DNA of 64,000 nucleotides from an uncultured Candidatus Saccharibacteria bacterium (GCA_964510435.1 CAZEBU010000002.1:81080-145079); one strand, 5' to 3'; positions 1 through 8,494 are shown, counted from the stretch's first letter. The notes: generated by a model from the sequence alone, not told the origin. Numbers and translations are program-made.

Positions 1-31
1 TTAGTTTGTTAGAATCGAGGCCGTAGAAATA

Positions 32-256
32 ATGAGTAAAACAACAAAGAAAGTAATATCTAAAGACGGAAAAGTCATCGAAACACTTCAGGCAGGAATG
101 TTCAAAGTAGAGTTAGAGGACGAGACTATTGCTTTAGCTACATTATCTGGTAAAATGCGAAAGTTCCGCATTAGGATATTGGCCGGAGACACAGTAAAGA
201 TCGAGTTTTCTCCCCATGATCTAACTAGAGGTAGGATTACCTATAGATACAGGTAA
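32..256 (+). CDS. infA: Translation initiation factor IF-1
   Basis: [34 protein letters not shown] is the IF-1 signature; lies upstream of rpmJ-rpsM. Confidence 0.97.
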   Translation: MSKTTKKVISKDGKVIETLQAGMFKVELEDETIALATLSGKMRKFRIRILAGDTVKIEFSPHDLTRGRITYRYR

Positions 257-266
257 CCATTTTTAT

Positions 267-383
267 ATGAAGGTACGTGCATCTGTAAAAAAAATGTGCG
301 AAAAGTGCAAAATTATAAGAAGAAAGGGTGTCGTGAGGGTTATTTGCTCAAGAGATCCTAAACATAAACAAAGACAGGGTTGA
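267..383 (+). CDS. rpmJ: 50S ribosomal protein L36 (absent from ORF track)
   Basis: Manual translation [41 protein letters not shown] stop; between infA and rpsM. Confidence 0.97.
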   Translation: MKVRASVKKMCEKCKIIRRKGVVRVICSRDPKHKQRQG

Positions 384-387
384 TTCT

Positions 388-774
388 ATGGCTAGAATTG
401 TAGGCATTAACGTTCCGGATGAAAAAAGAGTAGAAACCGCCCTAACCTATATACACGGCGTGGGGGCAACTATCTCGAAGAAAATACTTGAGAAAACAGG
501 TATTGGTCTTGATACTCGAGTAAAAGATCTCTCTGAAAGCGATCTGGCTAAGATCCAAAGTACTATTGTGGAATTACAGGTTACGGTTGAAGGTGAGCTA
601 AAAAGAATAACTAGACAAAACGTGCGCAGGTTAATGGATATCAAATCTTACAGAGGCCAAAGACACCGAGACGGGCTACCGGCAAGAGGACAGAGTACAA
701 AAAGGAATGCTAGAACCAAGAAAGGTAAAAGGAAGACTGTGGGAGGTCAAAAGAGAAAGTTAGTCAAGAAATAA
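388..774 (+). CDS. rpsM: 30S ribosomal protein S13
   Basis: MARIVGINVP...SYRGQRHRDGLPARGQSTKRNARTKKG. Confidence 0.98.
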   Translation: MARIVGINVPDEKRVETALTYIHGVGATISKKILEKTGIGLDTRVKDLSESDLAKIQSTIVELQVTVEGELKRITRQNVRRLMDIKSYRGQRHRDGLPARGQSTKRNARTKKGKRKTVGGQKRKLVKK

Positions 775-780
775 CAATTT

Positions 781-1170
781 ATGGTAAAACCATCAAAGAG
801 AAAAAAATCCAAAGATAAAATAATTCCTTCTAGCGGGAAGGTACACATCAAGGCTGGTTTTAATAATACGCTAATTACCATTACAGACCCGGACGGCAAC
901 ACTCTTTTTACAGGCAGCGCCGGAAAAGCAGGTTTTAAAGGCTCTCGAAAATCAACCCCCTATGCAGCCACTAAAGCTACTGAAACTATTGCCTCCCAAG
1001 CTCGCAATGCAGGGCTAAAAGAGGTTTCCGTAACGGTAAAAGGTCCCGGATTGGGGAGAATACCTGCTATAAAAGCACTAAAAACTGGAGGCTTACACGT
1101 AATATCAATTTCGGACAGCACACCGGTTCCCCACAACGGTTGCAGACCTAAAAAGAAGAGAAGAGTTTAA
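781..1170 (+). CDS. rpsK: 30S ribosomal protein S11
   Basis: [13 protein letters not shown]...[16 protein letters not shown]. Confidence 0.98.
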   Translation: MVKPSKRKKSKDKIIPSSGKVHIKAGFNNTLITITDPDGNTLFTGSAGKAGFKGSRKSTPYAATKATETIASQARNAGLKEVSVTVKGPGLGRIPAIKALKTGGLHVISISDSTPVPHNGCRPKKKRRV

Positions 1171-1172
1171 GA

Positions 1173-1784
1173 ATGGCTAGATATAAAGGACCTAAATGTA
1201 GATTGTGCAGAAGAGAAGGCGAAAAATTATATCTTAAAGGTATGAGATGCCACACTGATAAGTGCGCTATTAACAAAAGAAACTACGCGCCCGGTCAACA
1301 TGGAAACTCCCGAAGGAGAAGAAGAAGACCCTCTGACTACGGTAAACAGTTACGAGAAAAGCAGAAAGCAAAAAGAATTTACGGAGTTCTAGAAAGACAA
1401 TTTAAAAAATATGTTGATGATGCGTTGGAAACAAAAGGGGTATCAGGCGAAAAGCTTTTAAAACATTTGGAAACTAGATTTGATAACTTGGTCTTTCGAA
1501 GCGGTTTTGCTGTTTCTCGGGCTCAGGCCAGGCAGTTTATTAGATCAGGGTTTTTTGAGATAAACGGTAAAGTAGCCACCATACCTTCCATGCAACTGCT
1601 AATTAATGATATTATCAAGCCAGTAAATTTCGAAAAGATCCATTTAAGAGAAGGTTTTGTACTTCCTGAATGGCTTGAAGCCAACGTAAAAGAAAAGTAT
1701 GTAAAATTTGTTAGTCTGCCCACATTAGATAATTCACTAGAAAATATCAATGTGCAGTTAATTATTGAATATTATTCTAGATAA
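1173..1784 (+). CDS. rpsD: 30S ribosomal protein S4 (Cys/zinc-binding form)
   Basis: MARYKGPKCRLCRREG...SDYGKQLREKQK...LIIEYYSR. Confidence 0.98.
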   Translation: MARYKGPKCRLCRREGEKLYLKGMRCHTDKCAINKRNYAPGQHGNSRRRRRRPSDYGKQLREKQKAKRIYGVLERQFKKYVDDALETKGVSGEKLLKHLETRFDNLVFRSGFAVSRAQARQFIRSGFFEINGKVATIPSMQLLINDIIKPVNFEKIHLREGFVLPEWLEANVKEKYVKFVSLPTLDNSLENINVQLIIEYYSR

Positions 1785-1795
1785 GGAGAATTTTT

Positions 1796-2725
1796 ATGCA
1801 AATTACTTCTAAAGATTTAAAAATTAGAACCATCTCCGAAACAGATACACAAGGTGTATTTGAGTTCGACCCATTACCTAAAGGTTTTGGTCATACCCTA
1901 GGCAATACACTCAGAAGAGTTTTGCTTACTTCAATGGATGGCGCGGCTATTGCGCAAATTAAGGTTGAGGGAGCCAATCACCAGTTCTCAACTCTAGAGG
2001 GAGTAAAAGAGGATTTAGTAGAAATTATTCTAAACTTGAAAAAAGTTCGCCTAAAAAAATTTAGTGACAACCCGGAAGTGGCTATTTTAAAAGCAGAGGG
2101 ACCAGGAGAAGTAACTGCTGAGAAAATCGAATCTACGGCAGATATAGAGGTTATAAACAAAGACTTGCATATAGCTACCTTAGCTAACAAAAAAACTAGA
2201 CTAGAGATCGAACTAATAGTGGAGTCAGGGGTTGGTTACTCCCCTATGGAAGAAAGAAAAACTTCCAAAGTTGGTGTGATCGTCATCGATGCTTTATATT
2301 CTCCGGTAATTAGTGCCAATCTGGAAATTGAGGAGACAAGAGCCGGAGGTAGAACCGACCTTGACAAACTCGTTCTCACGGTGGAAACGGACGGCACGAT
2401 CAAACCTTCCACGGCTGTCTACAAATCCGCAGGTGTTCTTTCCAGGTTCTTTGAAGTATTAGAGAAGTGGGAGCAAGAACCGGAAAAGAAACCGGAAGAC
2501 ATAGAAATTCAGACCGGAGAAGTTTTGAACATTGAGGAGATCCTCGTTGATGAGCTCCCTTTACAAACTCGAACCGTTAACGCACTTAAAAAAGCAGGTG
2601 TTGATACCTTGGCAAAGTTGTCCAAAAAGTCCGAGGAGGAATTAGCTGACATTAAAAACCTTGGTGAGAAATCAATTTCCGAGATCAATAAATTGCTGGT
2701 CAAAGAAGGTCTGAAAGAAAAATGA
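1796..2725 (+). CDS. rpoA: RNA polymerase alpha subunit
   Basis: GFGHTLGNTLRRVLL; alpha-CTD NLGEKSISEI. Confidence 0.98.
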   Translation: MQITSKDLKIRTISETDTQGVFEFDPLPKGFGHTLGNTLRRVLLTSMDGAAIAQIKVEGANHQFSTLEGVKEDLVEIILNLKKVRLKKFSDNPEVAILKAEGPGEVTAEKIESTADIEVINKDLHIATLANKKTRLEIELIVESGVGYSPMEERKTSKVGVIVIDALYSPVISANLEIEETRAGGRTDLDKLVLTVETDGTIKPSTAVYKSAGVLSRFFEVLEKWEQEPEKKPEDIEIQTGEVLNIEEILVDELPLQTRTVNALKKAGVDTLAKLSKKSEEELADIKNLGEKSISEINKLLVKEGLKEK

Positions 2726-3192
2726 GACACAGAGTCGCTAAAAAGACATTGCAAAGGGACAAGAGTCATAGAGTAGCATTACTAAAAAACCTTTCCACTA
2801 GCCTTATTATCAACGAGAAGGTTATAACAACAGTTTCCAAAGCAAAGTACTTAAGACCTCATATAGAAAAACTTATTACTAAGGCAAAAAAAGGAAATGG
2901 CTTTAACAACGTCAAGTATATGAAAAGCAAGCTTTTCAAAGAAGATGCTGTACGAAAAATCTTGAGTGATTTAGGCCCAAGATTTAGTAAAAGGCCTGGA
3001 GGCTACACCAGAATAATTAAGATCAAGAATAGAGAAGGTGATAATGCTCCCATGGCAAGAATTGAGTTTGTTGAGAAACCAAGAAAAAAGGAGAAAAAGG
3101 TTACTGAAAAGGTAGAAAAGAAATCTGGGAGAAAAATAACAGCTAAGAATGTTAAGAAAAATAAGGCGAAAAATAAGGAAGCTATAAAATGA
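2722..3192 (+). CDS. rplQ: 50S ribosomal protein L17 with Lys-rich C-terminal tail
   Basis: MRHRVAKKTLQRDKSHR...RPGGYTRIIK...GDNAPMARIE. Confidence 0.98.
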   Translation: MRHRVAKKTLQRDKSHRVALLKNLSTSLIINEKVITTVSKAKYLRPHIEKLITKAKKGNGFNNVKYMKSKLFKEDAVRKILSDLGPRFSKRPGGYTRIIKIKNREGDNAPMARIEFVEKPRKKEKKVTEKVEKKSGRKITAKNVKKNKAKNKEAIK

Positions 3193-3605
3193 AAAAGACC
3201 TATATCCCAAGCAAAAATGAGATCAAACAAAACTGGCATTTGATAGATGTAGATAACAAAATCCTCGGCAGAGTAGCTACGGAAATAGCCACATTACTTA
3301 CAGGAAAAAATAAACCAAGCTATACTCCTCATATCAACGTGGGAGATAAAGTGGTGGTGATCAATGCAGAGAAAATTGCAGTGACAGGAAGAAAATTAAC
3401 CCAAAAAAAATATCACAGATTTACAGGCTACCCCAGCGGAATTAAAACCGAGTCTCTGGAAAAACTACTGGAAAGGAAACCTACGGATGTAATTAAAAAA
3501 GCTGTGTGGGGCATGCTTCCAAACAATAAACTTAGAAAAGAGAGAATCATCAATTTACATATCTACAAAGGTGAGGAACATCCACACCAAGGGCAAATAA
3601 AATAA
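3189..3605 (+). CDS. rplM: 50S ribosomal protein L13
   Basis: WHLIDVDNKILGRVAT...GKNKPSYTPH...AVWGMLP. Confidence 0.98.
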   Translation: MKKTYIPSKNEIKQNWHLIDVDNKILGRVATEIATLLTGKNKPSYTPHINVGDKVVVINAEKIAVTGRKLTQKKYHRFTGYPSGIKTESLEKLLERKPTDVIKKAVWGMLPNNKLRKERIINLHIYKGEEHPHQGQIK

Positions 3606-3606
3606 T

Positions 3607-4023
3607 ATGGCAAAAGTAGACTCACAAGACAATTTGGTTATGACCTCAGGAAAAAGGAAAACAGCCATCGCCAGAGTATTCCTTTACCGAGAAAAAGGTG
3701 ATATTTTTGTAAATGACAAAAAGATTGATGATTACTTTACCAAAGAAATTGAACATATTGCTTGGAAAAAACCCTTTCACATCATAGGTGTTTCACATCC
3801 TGATACTCAGTTTAGAGGTACCATTAAAGTTTTTGGTTCAGGGAAATCAGCCCAACTTGATGCAATAACACACGGAATCTCCAGAGCGTTAGCCAAAATG
3901 GACGACGAATATAGGACAGCGCTAGGAAAAGCCGGTTTATTGACCAGAGATCCCCGAATGGTGGAACGAAAAAAGTATTATTTAAGAAAAGCTAGGAAAC
4001 GTCCACAGTATTCAAAGAGATAA
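3607..4023 (+). CDS. rpsI: 30S ribosomal protein S9
   Basis: GKRKTAIARV...LLTRDPRMVERKK...PQYSKR. Confidence 0.98.
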   Translation: MAKVDSQDNLVMTSGKRKTAIARVFLYREKGDIFVNDKKIDDYFTKEIEHIAWKKPFHIIGVSHPDTQFRGTIKVFGSGKSAQLDAITHGISRALAKMDDEYRTALGKAGLLTRDPRMVERKKYYLRKARKRPQYSKR

Positions 4024-4299
4024 CCTATCCTTTAACAACTCTTTTAAATGTAGTAATTCACTTTCTATATTATTAATCTTTGATCTCAACTCGTACTTAT
4101 GGACATCATTCATATTAACAATAGGTGTATTGTAGATCGAGGAAATCTTATCCAAAACTTTTAAAGGAGGGCTTGTTCTCCCCCTCTCATAAGCAGAAAT
4201 AGTTTTCCCGGAAAGTCCTATTCTCTTAGCAAAACGATCCTGGGAAAGATTGTAACCATCTCTTATTTTCTTTATTTTTTTTCCAATATGTTCGGGCAT
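4012..4299 (-). CDS. XRE-family helix-turn-helix regulator
   Basis: LSQDRFAKRIGLSGKTISAYERGRTSP HTH plus a C-terminal coiled coil; divergent from radC. Confidence 0.88.
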   Translation of the reverse strand: MPEHIGKKIKKIRDGYNLSQDRFAKRIGLSGKTISAYERGRTSPPLKVLDKISSIYNTPIVNMNDVHKYELRSKINNIESELLHLKELLKDRLSL

Positions 4300-4330
4300 G
4301 GCAGTTATCTAAATTAATTAGAAACTAACA

Positions 4331-4365
4331 TATTGTAACAAGTATTGCAATAACCTATATTGCAT
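4331..4365. promoter_or_regulatory. Candidate operator array between the XRE gene and radC
   Basis: Three TATTG(C/T)A units at 4331, 4343 and 4358; 4343-4352 TATTGCAATA is a perfect palindrome. Confidence 0.35.
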
Positions 4366-4367
4366 AT

Positions 4368-5084
4368 ATGTACGGAAAACTGACCTTAAGGGATTTCGAT
4401 AAGGGAAATCAGCCTCGCGAAAGACTCGTAAATAAAGGCTCGGAAGCTCTTTCAGATGTTGAGCTGATGGCCATAATATTAAGATCCGGAGGAAAACACA
4501 AATCAGTTTTGGATATTTCCTACGAACTGCTAAAAAAACACGGCAACCTGGTTAATATATTCCAATGTGATCTGGAACAGCTGGCAAAGGAGAAGTACAT
4601 CGGGCGAGTGAAAGCCATAACTATAATAGCTGTCTTAGAAATATCTAAAAGAATACATTTGGCAAATAAGAAAGAGTATAGGTACATTCACAAACCCAAA
4701 GATGCCTTCCAAATAGTAAAGAAAGAACTTTTTGGTAAACGGCAAGAACATCTTTACTTAATTTCTCTTGATACTAGAAAGAGGTTTCTTTCTAAGGATC
4801 TGATCTGTATCGGATCTGTTAATGAAACGTTGATTCCTGTTAGGGAAATAATACAAAAAGCATTACTAAAGGACGCCGTCAATATTATCCTTGTGCATAA
4901 CCACCCCTCTAAGGATCCCAGTCCCAGTAAGGAGGATCTAGTAATTACCGAAAAAATTGCAAAAGCATGCCAACTAACCGGTTTGTCGCTTTTGGATCAC
5001 ATTATTACGGCTGACAATGAGTTTGCTAGTATAAAAAGTCTAGATTTATTTAATAGTGAAAAGTTAAGCAATGAAAGGAGGTGA
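4368..5084 (+). CDS. radC: RadC (JAB/MPN domain, UPF0758) protein
   Basis: PRERLVNKGSEALSDVELMAIILRSG; JAB motif HNHPSKDPSPSKED...LLDHII. Confidence 0.95.
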   Translation: MYGKLTLRDFDKGNQPRERLVNKGSEALSDVELMAIILRSGGKHKSVLDISYELLKKHGNLVNIFQCDLEQLAKEKYIGRVKAITIIAVLEISKRIHLANKKEYRYIHKPKDAFQIVKKELFGKRQEHLYLISLDTRKRFLSKDLICIGSVNETLIPVREIIQKALLKDAVNIILVHNHPSKDPSPSKEDLVITEKIAKACQLTGLSLLDHIITADNEFASIKSLDLFNSEKLSNERR

Positions 5085-5088
5085 AGAA

Positions 5089-5210
5089 ATGAAAACAAAG
5101 TTAATTGTGATTTCCAGTTTGGCAATCTTAATACTAATTCTGGCCGGTGTGTCGTGGGCTGCATTCGGAGATAGAAGTAAGATCTTAGGGAGCAGTTTTT
5201 CTGTGGGGAG
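5089..5210 (+). pseudogene. 5' half of an interrupted TasA-family / SipW-signal-peptide secreted protein
   Basis: SD AAGGAGGTG at 5075-5083, ATG 5089; MKTKLIVISSLAILILILAGVSWAAFGDRSKILGSSFSVGS resembles SipW-cognate leaders; the frame stops at 5220, just inside the element. Confidence 0.82.
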
Positions 5211-5598
5211 TGTTACCTAATTCAATAGTAGATACCTTTATCTCCCCATCAATCAAAATATGGTCTTTATAGACAACAAGTTTCTTTACCCTAGACCTCA
5301 GTAGTTCTCTTTTTAGTAGACCAGATGCATTTCCCTCCCTTATTAGTTCATTGTACTTATCAATAAACTCCTCTCTGGCTTTTGTTAACGCGCTTTTCCT
5401 AACTTTGAAAATTTTAAATTCTCCCAATTCACCTTTTCTTTCTCCTAGCTGTGTGGATAGAGACTCACGTTCTTTACTAATTTCTTTCAGTTTAGTATCA
5501 AGGAGGTCTTCTCTAAATCTCTTTTTTACAAATTCCTCAACAGGGTAAGTACAATCAAATAGGAATAAGTGTGTCGAGATGAAGATTATAGGGTACAC
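5185..5598 (-). pseudogene. C-terminal remnant of a large serine recombinase
   Basis: Coiled coil (EDLLDTKLKEISKERESL) followed by KRELLRSRVKKLVVYKDHILIDGEI, typical of large serine recombinase C-termini; reads across attL; no catalytic N-terminal domain seen. Confidence 0.7.
5198..5222. repeat. attL
   Basis: TTTCTGTGGGGAGTG (5198-5212) matches TTTCCGTGGGGAGCG (11681-11695) at 13/15; attP arm CCTAATT at 5216-5222. Confidence 0.85.
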
Positions 5599-5724
5599 GA
5601 AACTAGAAAATATCTCAAAAAAACAGCTTTAAACGTCGTTTAATAAATGATATACGACATGCTCACAAATAGTTCTTTTATAGATAAGCTGATTTTAGTG
5701 CTAGTGAGGTTATAATCGTGTTTT

Positions 5725-6441
5725 TTATGATACTGGCTTAATAACATCAGCATATGGTGCAACAAATTGAGTACCTTCATCGGAGACAATTGGTGTTTCT
5801 TCTTTAATCGTTTTCCTGTTTTCTTCAGCAAGTTCCTGCTTAGAAATATCATAGTAAATCTCTCCTCCACTTTTAAGGTAATCACTTTTAACTTTTTTAT
5901 CACTTATATCGATAATGATTTTAACCTTTGATAGAAGATCAAGAGATAAAATGTCTGCCTTTTTACACTTCTTTTGTAGATTACCAATGTGCACGCTGTA
6001 GACATCCAGTAGGCTTTCGTTTACTTCTTTATCTTTAAGCGAGGTCATTATTGCATTTACTTCTTCTTCAAGATATTGGGTATCAGAGTTTATAGTCTCT
6101 ATTAAAGAATACAAATTTGAGTAATCATTAATGATATCAATACTCAGAATTTTAAGGCTTAAACCTGAGCTTAAAAATAATTTATAAAACCTGAGCATAA
6201 GTCTAATTACATTATCTTCATGATCGAAGGAAGCTTCTAAAGTTCTTAGGTTTCTGGACATATTTACTCGTAGTGGTATTAGCTCGTGTTCAATTTGGAC
6301 AATTGTGTTCCTATGATCAATATACTTATCTCTACGTAATTCTCTTAAGCGTCTTTTAGATTCAAAGTGATCTGACCATATACCAGCAAATAAACCACCT
6401 GAAAAAGCTGATAATAATATTAATATGGCATCTTCCTTCAT
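5725..6441 (-). CDS. Hypothetical protein with N-terminal hydrophobic helix and helical body
   Basis: 238-aa ORF; ILILLSAFSGGLFAGIW at the N-terminus; no recognised motif. Confidence 0.7.
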   Translation of the reverse strand: MKEDAILILLSAFSGGLFAGIWSDHFESKRRLRELRRDKYIDHRNTIVQIEHELIPLRVNMSRNLRTLEASFDHEDNVIRLMLRFYKLFLSSGLSLKILSIDIINDYSNLYSLIETINSDTQYLEEEVNAIMTSLKDKEVNESLLDVYSVHIGNLQKKCKKADILSLDLLSKVKIIIDISDKKVKSDYLKSGGEIYYDISKQELAEENRKTIKEETPIVSDEGTQFVAPYADVIKPVS

Positions 6442-6527
6442 ATATGTATATTATATGTCAGTTTAGTTGTAATATATCCTTACAGGCACCACGCTAGTTC
6501 ATTAATGCAACAATAGTGATTGTGGTA

Positions 6528-6556
6528 TTTACAAAATTATAAATGGTTGCTAAAAT
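6528..6556 (+). promoter_or_regulatory. Sigma70-type promoter for the small RNA
   Basis: TTTACA (6528-6533), 17 nt, TAAAAT (6551-6556) with extended -10 TG at 6548-6549; no plus-strand ORF follows. Confidence 0.7.
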
Positions 6557-6562
6557 GTAAGC

Positions 6563-6655
6563 GTGCTAGTCGGGCGAAAGCCCTTCTTCAGCTAAGACAT
6601 GTCTAAGCCGAGAGACTAGCACACTAAGAGCGCCTTTTCTGGCGCTTCTTTTTAT
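6563..6655 (+). ncRNA. Unannotated three-way-junction small RNA (~90 nt)
   Basis: P1 GTGCTAGTC (6563-6571)/GACTAGCAC (6614-6622), perfect 9 bp; P2 GGGC-GAAA-GCCC; P3 imperfect stem around AGACATGTCT; bracketed by promoter and terminator. Confidence 0.65.
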
Positions 6656-7061
6656 TAGATTTCATTTTATTCTTATTCATAACACTTCCAAGTTTGTAAA
6701 TATTGTTATAGATTCCTATTTTTTCAACGACTACTTTTATCTTCATTCTTGGGGATACTGGATGAATAAGCTCATAACTTATAAGGTCTTTCATCTTACC
6801 CTTATATTTTTTCTTTCTCCTTCTTATTTCTGAAATACTCTCACAATTTTCAATGACCTCTGGTGCGTATTGTAAACACCTAAGTCTCATATATTGATCG
6901 CTAATATTTCTAGGCATTCTATTTGAGTCGTAAATGAGATGATTAAATCCTTCTGATGTGAAATGAACGTCAGATTTTAGAACAGGACAATAAACCTTTT
7001 TAATTTTTTTGTAGTCTTTACGCTTTTCTTCAATTAATTTCTGTATATCTTTCGTGATCAA
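6624..7061 (-). CDS. Basic 145-aa protein, putative BECR-fold (PBECR/LPD3-like) RNase
   Basis: VYCPVLKSDVHFTSEGFNHL...DQYMRLRCL...KIKVVVEKIG; family recalled from motif pattern only. Confidence 0.5.
   Translation of the reverse strand: MITKDIQKLIEEKRKDYKKIKKVYCPVLKSDVHFTSEGFNHLIYDSNRMPRNISDQYMRLRCLQYAPEVIENCESISEIRRRKKKYKGKMKDLISYELIHPVSPRMKIKVVVEKIGIYNNIYKLGSVMNKNKMKSNKKKRQKRRS
6629..6655 (+). terminator. Intrinsic terminator of the small RNA, overlapping the last codons of the convergent gene
   Basis: AGCGCC-TTTTCT-GGCGCT followed by TCTTTTTAT. Confidence 0.65.
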
Positions 7062-7180
7062 TTATCTGTCTTTCTTATAGTACTTTTATAAAACAATAAG
7101 CTGGTCTACTACCAATCCCTTGCTTTTTTAACGGTAACTCTCTTTAGAAATTCCTGCAAAAGTCGCTATTTTGCGCCCAT

Positions 7181-7210
7181 AAAGTAGCACTCCAAGGTCT
7201 TAGGTGTCAA
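7181..7210 (-). promoter_or_regulatory. Promoter for the putative nuclease gene
   Basis: Minus strand TTGACA, 18 nt, TACTTT with extended -10 TG; gives a ~110-nt 5' leader. Confidence 0.55.
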
Positions 7211-7313
7211 GTGGTGATTTTCTAGGTACGCGCAACAATTAAACATAACATCCAGGAGTCCCGTTAAATTTATTGTAAGCAAGCTTTTATAACCATCGAT
7301 AGTGGTATATACC

Positions 7314-7997
7314 TCACTCCGAGTTTATATTTTGCCAAAATATCTTTGGGTGGGGATATCCACCATAAATGGCGGCACTCTTATAAGCCTTTTTTACATT
7401 CTTTAAACCCTGCGTAGTCAAAACTTTGGTTAAACGCCCCCTGTACAGTTCTCTCGAAAGCTTTGGTTTAAACACAGGCATGCAAATCCAGTCCAGTATT
7501 TCCTCAATCAATGTATGCTCTTCATCCCTAAGATTTCCTGCTTTAATAGAGTAGCCTTTATTAGTCTTTTCAGTTTTATCACTATATATAGTCTTGTTAG
7601 AGTTCATCCTGTGGTACGTTCTATGGGGAATCTTTGATTCATTCTGTGGTGCAAATCCAATCACAGAGTCCACTTCATTTATCGTTACAACAGTTCCCTT
7701 TCTTGAAGGGCTCTGCTCTATTAACTGGTACACGTTTTCTAGTCTTTTAAGTGCCTTGCCTACAGTTCTGTGGTCACATCCAAACTCTCTGGCTATTTCT
7801 CTCCAACCACACACGCACTACCCACGTTTTAGGGTGTATACCTTACCCGCACTTTTAACAGCACCAGCTGAAATTCTTGTTCTAAGAAGTAAAAGGGTAT
7901 AAATATGCTTAGCTAGATAGTCTTCCCCAAATACACTATTTAAATTCGAGGGAATTGGGATTTTATAACTTGATTTAATTATGTCAATATTATTCAT
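7314..7997 (-). pseudogene. Phage-type replication/wHTH protein interrupted by one in-frame TAG
   Basis: ATG 7997 MNNIDII...VYTLKRG*CVCGWREIAREFGCDHRTVGKALKRL; TAG at 7820-7818 where LKRGQ is expected. Confidence 0.72.
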
Positions 7998-8000
7998 CTA

Positions 8001-8144
8001 TCAACTCTTCTCGGTCAAAATAATGTACCCCTTTCCCAAACATGCGTGGCACACTCTTCTATCAAAGGAAACAGTCCCAAACCCATTACAGACCAGGCAT
8101 TTATGCGGTTTTAAATCATTTCTATTTTTCATCGTTTTATCCAT
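8001..8144 (-). CDS. Small zinc-finger protein with two CxxCxGxG motifs
   Basis: CLVCNGFG...CHACLGKG; start taken at ATG 8144 (track start 8189); stop lies 3 nt before the rep ATG. Confidence 0.65.
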   Translation of the reverse strand: MDKTMKNRNDLKPHKCLVCNGFGTVSFDRRVCHACLGKGYIILTEKS

Positions 8145-8165
8145 CTTTTTTATTTCGCTTTCAAC

Positions 8166-8281
8166 AAAAAGGCTGACATATACACCCAATTCCTTGGATA
8201 GATATACCGGCTTTTCAGCAGGAACTCTGCTGTCACCTTTTTTACTGCAGCATTATAGACATGTTTTTTAAGTTTATGCAA
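8166..8281 (-). promoter_or_regulatory. Promoter and structured leader (candidate attenuator) of the zinc-finger/rep operon
   Basis: TTGCAT, 18 nt, TATAAT (8281-8252); three-way-junction fold 8243-8166 ending in CCUUUUU. Confidence 0.5.
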
Positions 8282-8494
8282 ATGCCGTATTTTGCTTTAA
8301 CCACAGTAAATCATAAAATATATTATTTTAAAATATTTCAAGATTAATAATTTTTTAATTTTTGGGAAGTACGATGTTGGAATGAAAAATACAAGGAAAC
8401 TCCTTAAGTTAATTGATTTACTAGCTCACCTAAACAAGAAAACAGGTAAAAGATACTATGTTTTAGTAACAATAGATGGTTCCTGGTAAAGAAA

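Noticed and set aside
5640-5903. 87-aa ORF as the missing part of the recombinase
   Set aside because: Overlaps 5725-6441 in another frame and has no recombinase motifs
6563-6622. Hammerhead ribozyme on the minus strand (GUC...CUGAAGA...stem)
   Set aside because: The required GAAA is only GA and stem I does not form next to the cleavage site
6563-6625. tRNA or tRNA-Met mimic (CAU at the P3 apex)
   Set aside because: No T-loop, no D-loop GG, no 7-nt anticodon loop and no CCA
7818-7820. Element-wide TAG-to-Gln recoding
   Set aside because: Other genes in the element end at TAG (6624, 8495, 10152); only one internal TAG seen
8257-8264. AGACATGT shared between the rep promoter spacer and the small RNA apex
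   Set aside because: An 8-mer match upstream of the predicted transcription start; compatible with chance
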